This document shows, in pieces, positions 34,859 to 47,719 of a DNA stretch of 64,000 nucleotides (position 1 is the first letter of the stretch; each line of letters starts with the position of its first letter). A program made the position numbers and the translations under genes. This DNA is from Octopus vulgaris (taxonomy: Eukaryota). The notes beneath the pieces are model-generated. The model searched no databases and was not told the DNA's origin. It saw nothing but the letters and a program-made list of their open reading frames with translations. The stretch covers positions 53,754,001-53,818,000 of the forward strand of contig OX597829.1 of NCBI GenBank assembly GCA_951406725.2, read 5' to 3'.

Positions 34859-36094
34859 CAGGGTTGGACAAAATAATGGAAACACCTTAAAATTTCAAAC
34901 ATATTAATTTAATATGGGGTAGGACCACCTTTGGTAGTAATTACAGCTTGAATTCTATGAGCTATGGACTCCTACAAAATTTGAATTGTTTCCAAAGGAA
35001 TTTTTGTCCATTCTTCAGCTAAAACAGTCTCCAGTTCTTGTAGTGATGATGGTGGAGGATATCGAATCCTTACTTGTTTTCCCAAAATGCATCATAAATG
35101 TTCAATAATATTGAGATCTGGGGACTGTGATGGCCAGATAAGATGTTCAACTTCACTAGAATGTCCCTTGTGCAATTCAGTAACAACTTTAGCTGTGTGA
35201 ATTGGTGCATTATCATCCTGAAAGACTGTGTTTCCCTCTGGAAACCGCTCTGCAACCATAGGATGAATTTGATCAGATAAAATACTTAAATAATCTGGAC
35301 TATTAATTCTGCCATGAAGGGAAACGATTGAGTTGGCAGATTTTCAAGATACAGTCCCCCAGATCATTACAGATCCTCCTCCATGTTTAACAGTTGGAAG
35401 AAGGCAGTCTGGGTTAAATGCATCTTTTGGCTGTCTCCACACTTATACCCGGTCGGAAATAAGGTAAAGGATGACTCGTCCAAGAAAAATACATTCTTCC
35501 ACTGCTCTAGAGACCAATTCTGTAGGTTTTTACTCCACTCTAAATGCTTTGCAACATTTGTTTTTGAAAGTAGTGGTTTTCTGATTGCAGCCCTCCCATG
35601 AAATCCAGCTTTGTGCAGCTCCCAACAAACAGTTTTTGTGGAAACAAGGTTCTTGGGGTAGTCATTAAGCTCTGCAGCAATTTTGGGAGCTGTACTTTTG
35701 TGATCCTTTCTAACAATTTGTATAAGAGTCCAACAGCTCCTATTTGAAAGTTTTGGTTTTCTTCCAGAGTTTTGTTTTGATGAGGAGGTTTTTCCCTCTT
35801 TCTCTCTCATTACTTTCGAGACAGTACTTCTTGATACACCAAACATTTTGGCTGTTTTCGTTATGCTAGCGCCTACCATACAAGAACCAACAATTTGGCC
35901 TCTTTGAAAGTCTGATATATCCGTCATTTTAATGAATTTTAATTACCTTTTTCTGATGATATCTGAAAAGAAACAGCAATTTTAGCAAAATATATTAAGC
36001 AACACTAATAATAAATCAAATAACAAAAACAAACAAGCTTTATAGATACTTCAAAATTATGATGCTAGGTTTCCATTATTTTGTCCAACCCCTG
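34859..36094 (-). mobile_element. Tc1-family DNA transposon, full length with decayed transposase
   Basis: TIRs CAGGGTTGGACAAAATAATGGAAAC / GTTTCCATTATTTTGTCCAACCCCTG with TA flanks; ORF 35367..35927 has the HTH, GRKP and F.DES motifs; downstream frames are broken. Confidence 0.92.
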
Positions 36095-36149
36095 TATATA
36101 CATACATACATATATATCATACATATACATACATACACATATATATATA

Positions 36150-36460
36150 TGCACGTGAAAAAACATTCGAGCGAGGTCGTTGCCAGTGCCGCTGGGCAGG
36201 CTCCTGTGCAGGTGACACATAAAAACACCATTTGAGCGTGGCCATTGCCAGTACCACCTGACTGGCCTTTGTGCCAGTGGCACGTAAAAGCATGCACTCT
36301 CAGAGTGGTTGGCATTAGGAAGGGCATCCAGCTGTAGAAACTCTGCCAGATCAAGATTGGAGCCTGGTGCAGCCATCCGGTTCACCAGTCCTCAGTCAAA
36401 TCGTCCAACCCAGGCTAGCACGGAAAGCGGACGTTAAATGATGATGATGATGATGATGAT
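36150..36460 (+). mobile_element. RTE LINE 3' UTR fragment with (GAT)n tail
   Basis: GTGGTTGGCATTAGGAAGGGCATCCAG...GGACGTTAAATGATGATGAT. Confidence 0.8.
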
Positions 36461-36728
36461 GATATATATATATATAAAGTTAATAAAAGAAACCGGAGGA
36501 TAAAAAGTATAGTGGATACTTAGTTTCATTTTTTTGTATCACAATGAAAAGTACATAAAAGACTCAGGATGTAAAATTAATATAGACAGCAGTTTGCAAT
36601 GTTTTACCAAAAAGGAAGACTTTAATTGTTACTAAATGTGACTAAGGTATTAGAAGCACCTGCATTGCTAGAAAGAAGAGATAAAAAGCTCTGATGCTGT
36701 AGTTAAAGTACATAATTGTTTACTTATA

Positions 36729-36893
36729 GGCGCAGGAGTGGCTGTGTGGTAAGTAGCTTGTTTACCAACCACATGGTTCCGGGTTCAGTCCCACTACGTG
36801 GCACCTTGGGCAGGTGTCTTCTACTATAGCCTCAGGCCGACCAAAGCCTTGTGAGTGGATTTGGTAGACAGAAACTGAAAGAAGCCCATCGTA

Positions 36894-36933
<40 letters not shown>

Positions 36934-37135
36934 TTTGTGTGTCTGTGTTTGTCCCCCTAGCATTGCTTGACAACCAAAGCTGGTGTGTTTATGTCCCTGT
37001 TACTTAGCGGTTCGGCAAAAGAGACCGATAGAATAAGTACTGGGCTTACAAAAGAATAAGTCCCGGGGTCGAGTTGCTCGATTAAAGGCAGTGCTCCAGC
37101 ATGGCCGCAGTCAAATGACTGAAACAAGTAAAAGA
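36729..37135 (+). mobile_element. tRNA-headed SINE, family 2, full length with internal (TA)n
   Basis: GGCGCAGGAGTGGCTGTGTGGTAAG...GGGTTCAGTCCC...CAGCATGGCCGCAGTCAAATGACTGAAACAAGTAAAAG. Confidence 0.88.
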
Positions 37136-37336
37136 GTATGTACTGACAGGAACCGTAATAGCCTGAAAGCAGCAGTCCAAATTAGCTAGTTAGAAAATTT
37201 CTATACGACATGACAGCAGTAACTAACAAACAGTTATGCTGAAGTGGTGACAAGCATTACTCAGTATAGTCAGAGATTTTCTTCTTAACGAGCTAATTTG
37301 CTTGTTGCAAGACCAGCGACTGGTTGCCACTTATTT

Positions 37337-37440
<104 letters not shown>

Positions 37441-37739
37441 CAAGCTGGAGTGAACTACAGCTGTCTCCAGCACAAATAGCTCAAAATCATACAGTCTGGT
37501 GGTCCCATCATTAGATGATGGTTGGGGTTCACTGCCTTGCTTGCAATATAAATCAAGTGAAGATTGCATTGAATAACCAGCTGGAGGAGGTATCCTCCTA
37601 GGGTTAAAATGGTAGTATTGTCGGTTTTTACGGAACAGCCATATAGAAGTGGCAATCAGCATTACTTCTCTCCCCCTCCCTCTCTCTCTTTCTATATATA
37701 CATATACATATACATTATATATATATATATTTATATATA

Positions 37740-38974
37740 TGAGGTGTAGTCAAAAAGTATCCAACCTTGATTTTTTTTCACAAAATGATAATGCGTGAGC
37801 AAAATCTGCATGGGTATTAGGTGGCCGTGTCCTTCTTGAGCATGTGCAAAAGTTTTCATATCTGTAGGTTGTGCCATTCATCCACAGTGATGTGTTCAGT
37901 ACAGATGTAAAGAGTGTGCTGTGTGATTTTTCTTTTTGGATCAAGATGACTGCGGGCATTGAGCAAAGATACTGTATCAAATCCTGCCAAAAACTTGGTG
38001 ATACACAAGCCAAGATTATTGAGAAAAATCAGAAGACCCTTGGAGATGATGCTATGGGAAAAAAACAAATAAAGGAGTGGTTCAAAGGTGGCCCCACCTC
38101 AGTGGACAGTGAGCCATGTTGTGGCAGACCATCGGCTAGCAGAAATGGCAAAATGGTTGCAAAGTTTCGAGATTGTTGCCAAAGTTAGAATCAGCCATGG
38201 ATCTGTTTAGTCAATTATAACAGAAGATTTGTACATGAGGAGGGTGTCGGTCAAGTTCATACCAAAGTTGCTGTCTGACCAGCAGGAAGAAAGCAGAAAG
38301 GAAATCTCCCAGGATATGCTGGAGTGTGCTAGCCAAGATCAAAACTTTATGAACACTATCATCACAGGTGATGAGATGTGGGTATATGGCTATGACCCTG
38401 GAACAAAACTGCAACTATCCCAATGGAAGCATCCGTCCTTGCAAAGATCAAAGAAAGCAAGACAGGTGTGCAGCAATATTAAACTGATGATGACTACAGA
38501 AGTATTGTGCACCATAAGGTCAGACAATTAACAAAGAATACTACCTGGATTTTCTCTGTTGCCTTCATGAAGCTGTGCAGCAAAAATGGCCCAACCTGTT
38601 GGCAGCAAAGAACTGACAACTGCATCATGACAATGCACCTGCTCATTCCGCCCACATCATCCAAGCAAAACACACCACTTGTATGTCAGGTTTGCTACTC
38701 CCCAGACTTGGCTCCATGTGACTTTTGGATATTCTCAAAGCTCAAAAAGATACTCAAAGGGAGAAGATTTGAGTCAACAGAGGACATTAAGCAAAATCTG
38801 ACAGCACAGCTCTACAGCATCTGGAAAAGTGATTTCCAGAAATGTTTCCAGCAGTAGCAGGAATGCTGGCAGAAATGTGTAGACTCACTTTGGAGGAGAC
38901 TCAATCAATTTGGTGATTTTTTTAATATTACTTGTTTTTTGACCAAGGGTCAGATACTTTTTGATTATACATCA
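37740..38974 (+). mobile_element. mariner-family DNA transposon with decayed transposase
   Basis: TIRs TGAGGTGTAGTCAAAAAGTATC / GATACTTTTTGATTATACATCA with TA flanks; peptides EQRYCIK, IITGDEMWVYGYDP, HDNAPAH, YSPDLAPCDFWIFSKLK. Confidence 0.92.
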
Positions 38975-39161
38975 TAAGCAATAATTATAACGAGAGAGCT
39001 GCCAACCACTCCAAGAGTGTAATTGGTATTTTTAAGTGCCACTAGCATTGGTGCCATTTACATGACACTGGCAACCGCCATGACTATGATTTCACAGCTG
39101 CCATTTACATATACACACACACACACATAAATATATATATATATATATATATAATATAACA

Positions 39162-40095
39162 AATATTATTAAGCAAGAAAAAGGAGAGATTTAATGAATA
39201 AAATTAATTTAATAATTAATTAATATTGCCTACAATTGTGTCTATTTGCAGTCAATTGAAGATTTTGGGTGGAATATCGGGTTGAGACATTTTAACAGAT
39301 TGAGTAGATGAGAGGATGTTTAGTTATTTGCATGTGTGTGTGTGAATTAATATTTTTCTTAAAATATATAAAAGTATTAAAATATGTAATATGCGCATGT
39401 AAAAATACAAATACAAATAAAATAAAATATGTAAAAGTAAATAATATTATCTTTTATTTACTATTTAATAACATACACATATTTAATACACACGCACACA
39501 CACACATACAAATTAACATCTATTTGTAACAGTTTTATTTTTAGTTGAATTTTTACTTTATTTTATTTATATTTAATTTTATTTTTACTTCTATTTTTAT
39601 TTTTATTCATTTATTATTTTTATTTATTTATATTATATATATTTTTCATCTTATCCTTATTTTTTATTTTATTTTATTTATTTCCATATTAATTTTTATT
39701 TATTTTATTACATTTATTACCTTTTATTATTATTTTTATTATTTTATTTATGTCTGTATGTTCATACTCTGAATATTTTTTATCTTTATTTTTATAAGTT
39801 TTATTAATATTTATCATTTTTATTTTATTTTTATATGTGCATATTACATATTTTAATACTTTTATACATTTTATTTTATATCTCAAGAAAAATATTAACA
39901 CCCACACACACACCCACATCCTCTCATCTACTAACTCTTTTAAAATGTCTCAACTGGTCAACATGTAATTTCCTTAACGTCCTTTCACCCTGATGATATT
40001 CCACTCAAAATCTTCAACTGAGTGTGAATTGAAACAATTGTAATTAATACATTAATTTTATTCATTAAATCTCTACCTTTTTTTGCTTAGATATT
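39162..40095. mobile_element. Fold-back element with inverted arms, each carrying a hammerhead-like motif (Penelope pLTR-like)
   Basis: Arms at about 39162-39420 and 39815-40095 are reverse complements around an AT-rich spacer. Confidence 0.7.
39987..40045 (+). ncRNA. Hammerhead ribozyme-like motif
   Basis: CUGAUGA-UAUUC-CACUCA[loop]UGAGUG-U-GAAUU-GAAA-CAAUUG-UA; catalytic core intact, but the stem I 3' strand is lost in this arm. Confidence 0.55.
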
Positions 40096-40344
40096 AGATA
40101 TTTATAATATATTTATTAAAGAGGTATCTCTTCACAGTATAATATATTAAACCAGTGTAACTAGAATGAAATCATCCCTATAGGAGGTTTATATCCTCAA
40201 ATTGATTATGTGTATATATATATACACACACACACACACATATATACATATACATATATATTTCTTTACTGCCCACAAGGGGCTAAACATAGAGGGGACA
40301 AACAAGGACAGACAAAGGGATTAAATTGATTATACATATACATA

Positions 40345-40482
40345 TATATGTATGTATTATGTATGTATGCATGCATGCATGTATGTATGTATGTATGTAT
40401 GTATGTATGTATGTATGTATGTATGTATGTATGTATGTATGTATGTATGTATGTATGTATGTATGTATGTATGTATGTATAT
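40345..40482. repeat. (TATG)n microsatellite
   Basis: Direct observation. Confidence 0.95.
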
Positions 40483-41682
40483 GGCGTAGGTAGTAACTCT
40501 ATAAAATGTACCCAGTGTAAGCTATGGACAAATGAGAGGGTGCAGCAATATCAAAGGAAGGCTAACTGGGAAGATAGTTTTTGTATGTGGCAGATGCTCG
40601 GGAGGAATAAACACTGAAAATGTGCAGAGAACAACTTCCGTCACATTCTAGGTGGGGGGGGGGACTAGAAGTAGTTGATAGCTTCCATTACCCAGGGGAC
40701 CTAGTCAGTAGCAGGTTGAATGCTCTGATAGTGTAGCTGCTAGAATAAGAATAGCCTGGGCAAAGTTCAGAGAGCTCTTACCTCTGCTTGTGACAAAGGG
40801 CCTCTTGCTCAGAGTAAAAGGTAGACTGTATGACTCATATGTACGAACAGCCATGCTACATGGCAGTGAAACATGGGCCATGACTGCTGAGGACATGTGT
40901 AAGCTTGCAAGGAATGAAGCCAGTATGCTCCACTGGATGTGTAATGTCAACATATATATACTCGACAGAGTGTAAGCGCCCTGAGAGAAAAGTTGGATTT
41001 AAGAAGCATCAGATGTGGTGTGCAAGAGAGACGACTGTGCTGGTATGGTCATGTGGCATGAATGAATGAGGATAGCTGTGAGGAAAAGTGTTACACCCTA
41101 GCAGTTGAGGGAACCTGTGGAAGAGGTGTAAACCCAGGAAGACCTGGTATGAGGTGGTGAAGCATGATCTTTGAACATTAGGTCTCACTGAGGCAATGAC
41201 AAGTGCCTGAGGCCTTTGGAGATATGCTGTACTTGAGAAGAGCTAGCAAGCCAATTGAAACCATAGCCATAGCCTATGCCGGTGCTGTATATCCAGCCCA
41301 TGTAAGAGTACCCTTCAATCATAGGACAATAAACTATGCTTGCAAAGACCTGTTGAGGTAAGTGAATTCATTGTCGTGGCTGATGACAGTACCACTTGAT
41401 TGGCATTCATGCCAGTAGAACGTTGAAAGCACCATGTGAGTGTGATCGTTGCCAGAGCCGCTGACTGGCTCCCTTGCCAGTAGCATGTAAAAAGCACCAT
41501 TAGAGTATGATTGTTGCCAGCGTTGCCTGAGTGGCACATAAAAACATCATTCGAATATGGCTGTTGCCAGTGCTGCTGGACTGGCTCCTGTGCAGCTGGC
41601 ACATAAAAAGTACCATTTGAGTGTGGCCAATGACAGTACTGCCTGTGGCACATAAAAGCAATCACTACATAGTGGTTGGTGT
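40483..41682 (+). mobile_element. RTE LINE 3' fragment (decayed)
   Basis: Similar to 30237-31340 (VKGRLYD..VRTAMLHGSETW). Confidence 0.85.
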
Positions 41683-41739
41683 TATATATATATATATATA
41701 TATATATATAGATATAGATATGATATGTATACATACATA

Positions 41740-42441
41740 CAGTAGTGGTTCATATATAGGAACTGTGGAACTGCAGCACCCCCTATTTCCACTCGATATT
41801 GTTGATAACATTTAATATAATGAGTCCTTTTTTCTTTAATTCATTCTTTATACTTGTACATTAAATAATCCTTAAACTTAATGTCTGTAGCCATCCCCTA
41901 GTTTATGAAAAAAATACAGAAATCCTTGTATAGAACTGTGCGTTTCACAGCTCCAGTGATGCGGTGTTTGGCTATTGTGTGCATGATCACATGTCCGAGA
42001 TAGGAAGCTTCATACTAGGGAGAGAGAACACTGTGGTTCACACAGTCTCGAGTGAAAGGTAGTGCTTCTTTTTCACTTTGCGTGTGTTGTGCTTAAAAAC
42101 ATGTTTATATTTTTGAATGTGATAAAGTGTAGAATTAGATTATTATTCTGCTTCCAGATACAATATTGCTGTCAGAATTTGAAAAATAGGGCAGATTTCA
42201 CACACCCCACTCCTTATTTTGTGATTTAGGGGCTATTTTTGAAAAACAAAGAGGAATTTACGGCAGTGTTCAGCGAACAAATTAAACATACTCCCTGGCA
42301 GAGACTAAAACGTGAACTGATCAAGTTTATGTATAAATTTTCGTTTTATACATTGGTTTCCTTTTACATAATATTAAAACAAGAGCTAAAAATTTTCTGA
42401 AGCAGCACCACCACTAATTTTATCTTCGAGTGCCTCCACTG
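41740..42441. mobile_element. Non-autonomous hAT-type element
   Basis: Short TIRs CAGTAGTGG / CCTCCACTG and an 8-bp direct repeat CATACATA at 41732-41739 and 42442-42449 (in a simple-repeat context). Confidence 0.6.
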
Positions 42442-42469
42442 CATACATACACACACACACACACACATT

Positions 42470-43148
42470 CTTGTATGTAAACAAACAGCAATTGTACATG
42501 GGAGCAAGACATGGGCCCTGAATGCAGAGGACATGAGAAGGCAAGGGAGAAATGGAGCTAGTATGTCCCACTGGATGTGTAATGTAAGTGTACATGTTCA
42601 ACAGACTGATAGTGTATTGAGAGAGAAGTTAAGTATAAGAGGAATTAGATGCTGTGTGCAAGAGAGAAAACTGTGCTGGTTCGGTCATGTGATGCAGATG
42701 GATGCTGACCGGTTCATAAAAAAGTGCTAATCTCTCAAAGTGGGTGGAACATGTAGAAGAAGAAAACATGGGACAAAGTAATGAAGGATAACCTCAAGAT
42801 GCTGAAGCTTTCAGACAAGATGATGAAAGCCTGAGGAAGACCTGTGCTCCACAGCAGAAGCGTTAAGGCTGGTTCCTCTGATGAGGAGGATTGGCCTGCA
42901 AGAGTCCTATGCTGGTGCCAAGAAAAAAAGTGCTTGTGCCCATGCCATGTAAAAGCACTTTTGCTGGTGCCACATCATAAGCACCCAGCACACACTGTAA
43001 AGTGCTTAGCATTAGGAAGGGCATCCAGCCGTAGAAACCAGGTCACATCAGATTGAAACCTGGTGCAGCTCTCCAGCTTACCAGTTCCAGTCAAGTTGTC
43101 TAACCCATGCCAGTATGGAAAATGGACATTAAGTGATGATGATGATGA
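42470..43148 (+). mobile_element. RTE LINE 3' fragment with (GAT)n tail
   Basis: WMCNVSV...LCWFGHVM peptide plus the conserved 3' UTR. Confidence 0.8.
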
Positions 43149-43399
43149 AGATTATATATATATATGGAAAAAAAGTCAAGATAGAAAATGCTAAAACAAT
43201 TTTATAAAAAAACATTTCAGTACCGGTTTCAGTCATTGAGACTTTTTCAACTTTAAGTATGGAAAACAATTAAATTTGGAAAAGTTAAAAGAAAAGTTTT
43301 TTTAAAAGAATATTGGCATAGTATTCAAATCCAAGTGGCATTTTCCTTGTTTCTGCCTGTCTCTGTCTCTCTTGTTTACTCTTGTGGGTTCGAGGTAGG

Positions 43400-43783
43400 G
43401 AAGAAGAAGAAGAAGAAGAAGAAGAAGAAGAAGAAGAAGAAGAAGAAGAAGAAGAAGAAGAAGAAGAAGAAGAAGAAGAAGAAGAAGAAGAAGAAGAAGA
43501 AGAAGAAGAAGAAGAAGAAGAAGAAGAAGAAGAAGAAGAAGAAGAAGAAGAAGAAGAAGAAGAAGAAGAAGAAGAAGAAGAAGAAGAAGAAGAAGAAGAA
43601 GAAGAAGAAGAAGAAGAAGAAGAAGAAGAAGAAGAAGAAGAAGAAGAAGAAGAAGAAGAAGAAGAAGAAGAAGAAGAAGAAGAAGAAGAAGAAGAAGAAG
43701 AAGAAGAAGAAGAAGAAGAAGAAGAAGAAGAAGAAGAAGAAGAAGAAGAAGAAGAAGAAGAAGAAGAAGAAGAAGAAGAAGAA
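43400..43783. repeat. Pure (GAA)n tract, about 128 units
   Basis: 384 bp uninterrupted. Confidence 0.97.
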
Positions 43784-43899
43784 GGAACCAATGTGGGAGT
43801 ACCATGACAGTCGTATGGTCAGACCCGAAAATGTGGAGGGTAGTAGTAACTGTTCAATTCATGAAACATCTCTTTTGAATGTTTTGTTTATAAAATTTG

Positions 43900-45082
43900 C
43901 ATAGGTGTTATCCATCCGTGTGGGATACAGCCTAGTTACTTGCATAGTTAATCAGGTTATTCAGGAAGATGTCATCTCCAGAGACTGGTGTAGTTGTATT
44001 ATAGTCAGCTGCTGCAAGGGTAAATGTGATGGCTTAGATTGAAACAACTTCAGAGGTATCAAACTGCTAGACCAAGTCAGGAAAATTACTGAAAGGGTTA
44101 TTATAGCACAATTGATTAGAAATAGAATTAAACTAGACAAGATGCAGTTTGGTTTTGTACCTGGGAAGAGATGCCATCTTCTTAGTGAGACAGCTGCAGG
44201 AAAAAGTAGGTCATTATACTTAGCTTTCTTCAACCTGGAGAAAGCTTTCAACAGAGCCATCACTCTGGTGGTCTCTGAGGAAGTTAGGAGGAGAGGAGTG
44301 ACTTTTTAGAACTGTACAAGTGATGTACAGTGGTGCTGTCAGTAAGGTGAGACTTGGCTACGAATACAGTGATGAATTTAGTGTACAAGTAGGGGTTCAC
44401 CAAGGTTCAGTTCTCATCCCACTCTTATTCATTATAGTCCTCCAGGCCATAACAGAGGAATTCAAAACTTGATGCCCGTGGGAACTGCTTTATGCTGATG
44501 ACCTCACTTTTATTGCAAAATCTGTAGAAGAAATTCCAGGTGTGAAAGCAAAAGAGCCTTAAAGTTGACCTAGCAAAGACCAAAGGGCCTTGAAGTTAAC
44601 CTAGCAAACACCAAATTTGTTGTTAAATGGCCCTGCTCAAGATGTGGGCAAGGAGTTGGAAGTAATTTTACTCACTGCAGCCATTGTTAGCTATGGACAC
44701 ATATGAGGTGCAGTGGAATCACAGGTAGATTATTAGATAAAGTAGTCGTCATATGTGGCAGATGTGCAGGAACAATAAGCACTTCTCTCAAATGCCCACG
44801 AGGCTCTCTTGAGGTTGTAGATAGTTTCTGTTACCTAAGTGACCAAATTAGCAATGGTGGAGGATGGTTTGAAAGCATTATTTCTAGAATAAGAATTCAG
44901 GGAACTATTAGCTCTGTTGGTGTCAAAATGACTCTCTCTCAGAATGAAAGGTAGACTATCTGATGCTTTTGTGCAAACAGTTGTACTCCATTGTAGTGAG
45001 ACATGGGCTCTGAATGCAGAAGACAGGCATAGACTGGATGATAAATGAAGACAATATATTCCACTGGATGTGCAACATCAGT
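43900..45082 (+). mobile_element. Decayed RTE LINE RT region
   Basis: MQFGFVPG, GVHQGSVL, YADD remnants with many frameshifts. Confidence 0.85.
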
Positions 45083-46193
45083 GTGTGTGTGTGTGAGGGG
45101 GAGACAGCAAGAGTGCAGGAGGGAGTGGTGGTCATGGTAGTGATGGTCTCCCTCCATTACTTTAGTGTGCACAGAAAGCAATGAAGTGGTTTGTATCTCC
45201 ACATAAGTGACACCCCAGCTTTTTGCTTTCAATGGCTTCATGTAATTTTGTACCTTCTGGTAGATCAATCAGGTCCATAGCAACTTCTGTGCTTTGGTGA
45301 TGTATCTGGATCAGTTGCTCCATCAACTTGTCTGACCAATTTTGTTTCTGCAACCTCTGAACTAGCAGAATAGTGATTTCCTCCAATCACCTGTTGATTT
45401 CTGGAGACACATTGACTATTTTTATTTTAAACACCCAACAGTGAAGGTAAATTGATATAAGGGTGGTTGTGGAGTGTTTTCTGACCTCATGCTGAGTAGT
45501 TAATCTCACCTCTACTGTTCTGAACTTCTCTCTGGCTATTCATGTTTCTGTTCCTGAGTAGTCTGAGGTATTTTTCAATCTCTTGGTGTGTTTCCTGTTC
45601 TAATTTTTTGCCTTTTGTTGCTTTAGTTTTATATATGACTGTTCTATGTATTGATTTGATGTTGGATGGATCTTGGGGTGTTGAGTGCCATGCTTAGGTC
45701 ACTTTTCTCCAATATAATTTTCAAATTTTTTAGGTCTTTTAAATCAATAAAAACCTCTTTGTTCATTCGACACATCCCATCAGTAAAACTGCTAACACTA
45801 GATTTGCAAGTTTTTTTTTTTTTTGTATTAGTGTGAATGGTGTTGGTTGTGGTGGAGGTGGAGTTTGAACTCTGTAAAGTGTAATATTGAGAGGATCCTT
45901 TCATTTTGTCAAGAACATGATACCTCTTTAGTGACGGTGCAATAAGAAAAAAAAAGCATGCACATTGTGCAGTCTGTAAAATGTTTGAAACAGCTTACTT
46001 AGATCACCACTTTAGAATTACGACCCATATGTATTACAATGAAAGGCAAAGGCCAGCAATAAGAAATCAACCATGTCACTATAAAAGGTATCAATACTTT
46101 TATGAATGTGGTTTGACCAATGTGATTAGCTGGTGTGTAGCCATGTAGCAGTAGACATAAAAAGTAGGCTACATGAATTTCCCCATCAGATAG

Positions 46194-46436
46194 TTCTAGA
46201 AGTTTAACTAAATGTTATAAAAAGTTGGGATATTGAACTCCCAAACAGAACAACCTCATGTGCTACACAAAACTCTGTTGGTCAGTTTTGTGATTTGGTG
46301 TTCTCAGTTTTTCTGCTTATTCTGTCTTTGATAACAATGAACAATTTTTGTATAAATAGCCAAAGTATTTTATGCAATGAAGAGTTTTAACTATCACATT
46401 CATGCATGATCTTGTATTCAAATAATTATTGTACAT

Positions 46437-46481
<45 letters not shown>

Positions 46482-47056
46482 GTTTAACGTCCGTTTTCCG
46501 CGCTAGCACAGGTTGGACGGTTCGACCGGGGTCTGGGAAGCCAGGGGCTGCACCAGGCTCCAGTCTGATCTGGAGGTTTCTACAGCTGGATGCCCTTCCT
46601 AACGCCAACCACTCCTGCGAGTGTAGTATGTGAATACTTCTAGAAGTTTAACTAAATGTTATAAAAAGTTGGGATATTGAACTCCCAAACAGAACAACCT
46701 CATGTGCTGCACAAAACTCTGTTGGTCAGTTTTGTGATTTGATGTTCTCAGTTTTTCTACTTATTCTGTCTTTAATAACAATGAACAATTTTTGTATAAA
46801 TAGCCAAAGTATTTTATGCAACGAAGAGTTTTAACTATCACATTCATGCATGATCTTGTATTCAAATAATTATTGTACATATCATCATCATCATCATCAT
46901 CGTTTAACATCCGTTTTCCGTGCTAGCACGGGTTGGACGGTTCGACCGGGGTCTGGGAAGCCAGGGGCTGCACCAGGCTCCAGTCTGATCTGGCAGAGTT
47001 TCTACAGCTGGATGCCCTTCATAACGCCAACCACTCCGCGAGTGTAGTATGTGAAT
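46194..47056. repeat. Tandem duplication of about 430-444 bp, each copy including a minus-strand RTE tail
   Basis: TTCTAGAAGTTTAACTAAATG... at 46194 and 46638; copies differ mainly in (CAT)n length. Confidence 0.9.
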
Positions 47057-47719
47057 GCAAATATATAAGGTAATAAAAAATATGGAAACTTATTAAAAAT
47101 ATTAGAATGGTTATCTTTGCCTTCACACTGCCTAACTAATATTGTGTACTAATGACAGTGAATTAATAACTAAAACCTACAAAAAAGTAACTGAGGTTGT
47201 CAGAGTGAGCAATAAGATAATTAACAGGAGACTAGTTATGGGCACCACACCAGCTATATTTCCACTTATACCCCACAGTCAAGATTGGCAGAGGAAGAGA
47301 ACCATATCAATGAGACCCTTCAGCAGACTACCTCAATAACGACCAAAGGTATCTTCGTTATCATGGCCGGTGATATTAATGGGTATCATCATCATCATCG
47401 TTTAACGTCCGTTTTCCATGCTGGCATGGGTTGGACGGTTAAACTGGGGTCTGTGAAGCCAGAAGGCTGCACCAGGCCCAGTCTGATCTGGCAATGTTTC
47501 TACAGCCCTTCCTAACGCCAACCACTCCGTGAGTGTAGTGGGTGCTTTTTGCATGCCACCGGCACAGGGGCCAGGTGAGGCTGGCAACGGCCACGAACGG
47601 ATGGTGCTTTTTACGTGCCACCAGCACGTTGGTCATATCTTCAGAGAAATTCTAATTGATGTGTATAACAGTGCAAAGAAGTAGTTAGATTCCTATGGTA
47701 CAGACAACAACTAGGAGTT

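Noticed and set aside
43285-43904. Long poly-S/L/K/E ORFs
   Set aside because: They are translations of the (GAA)n tract.
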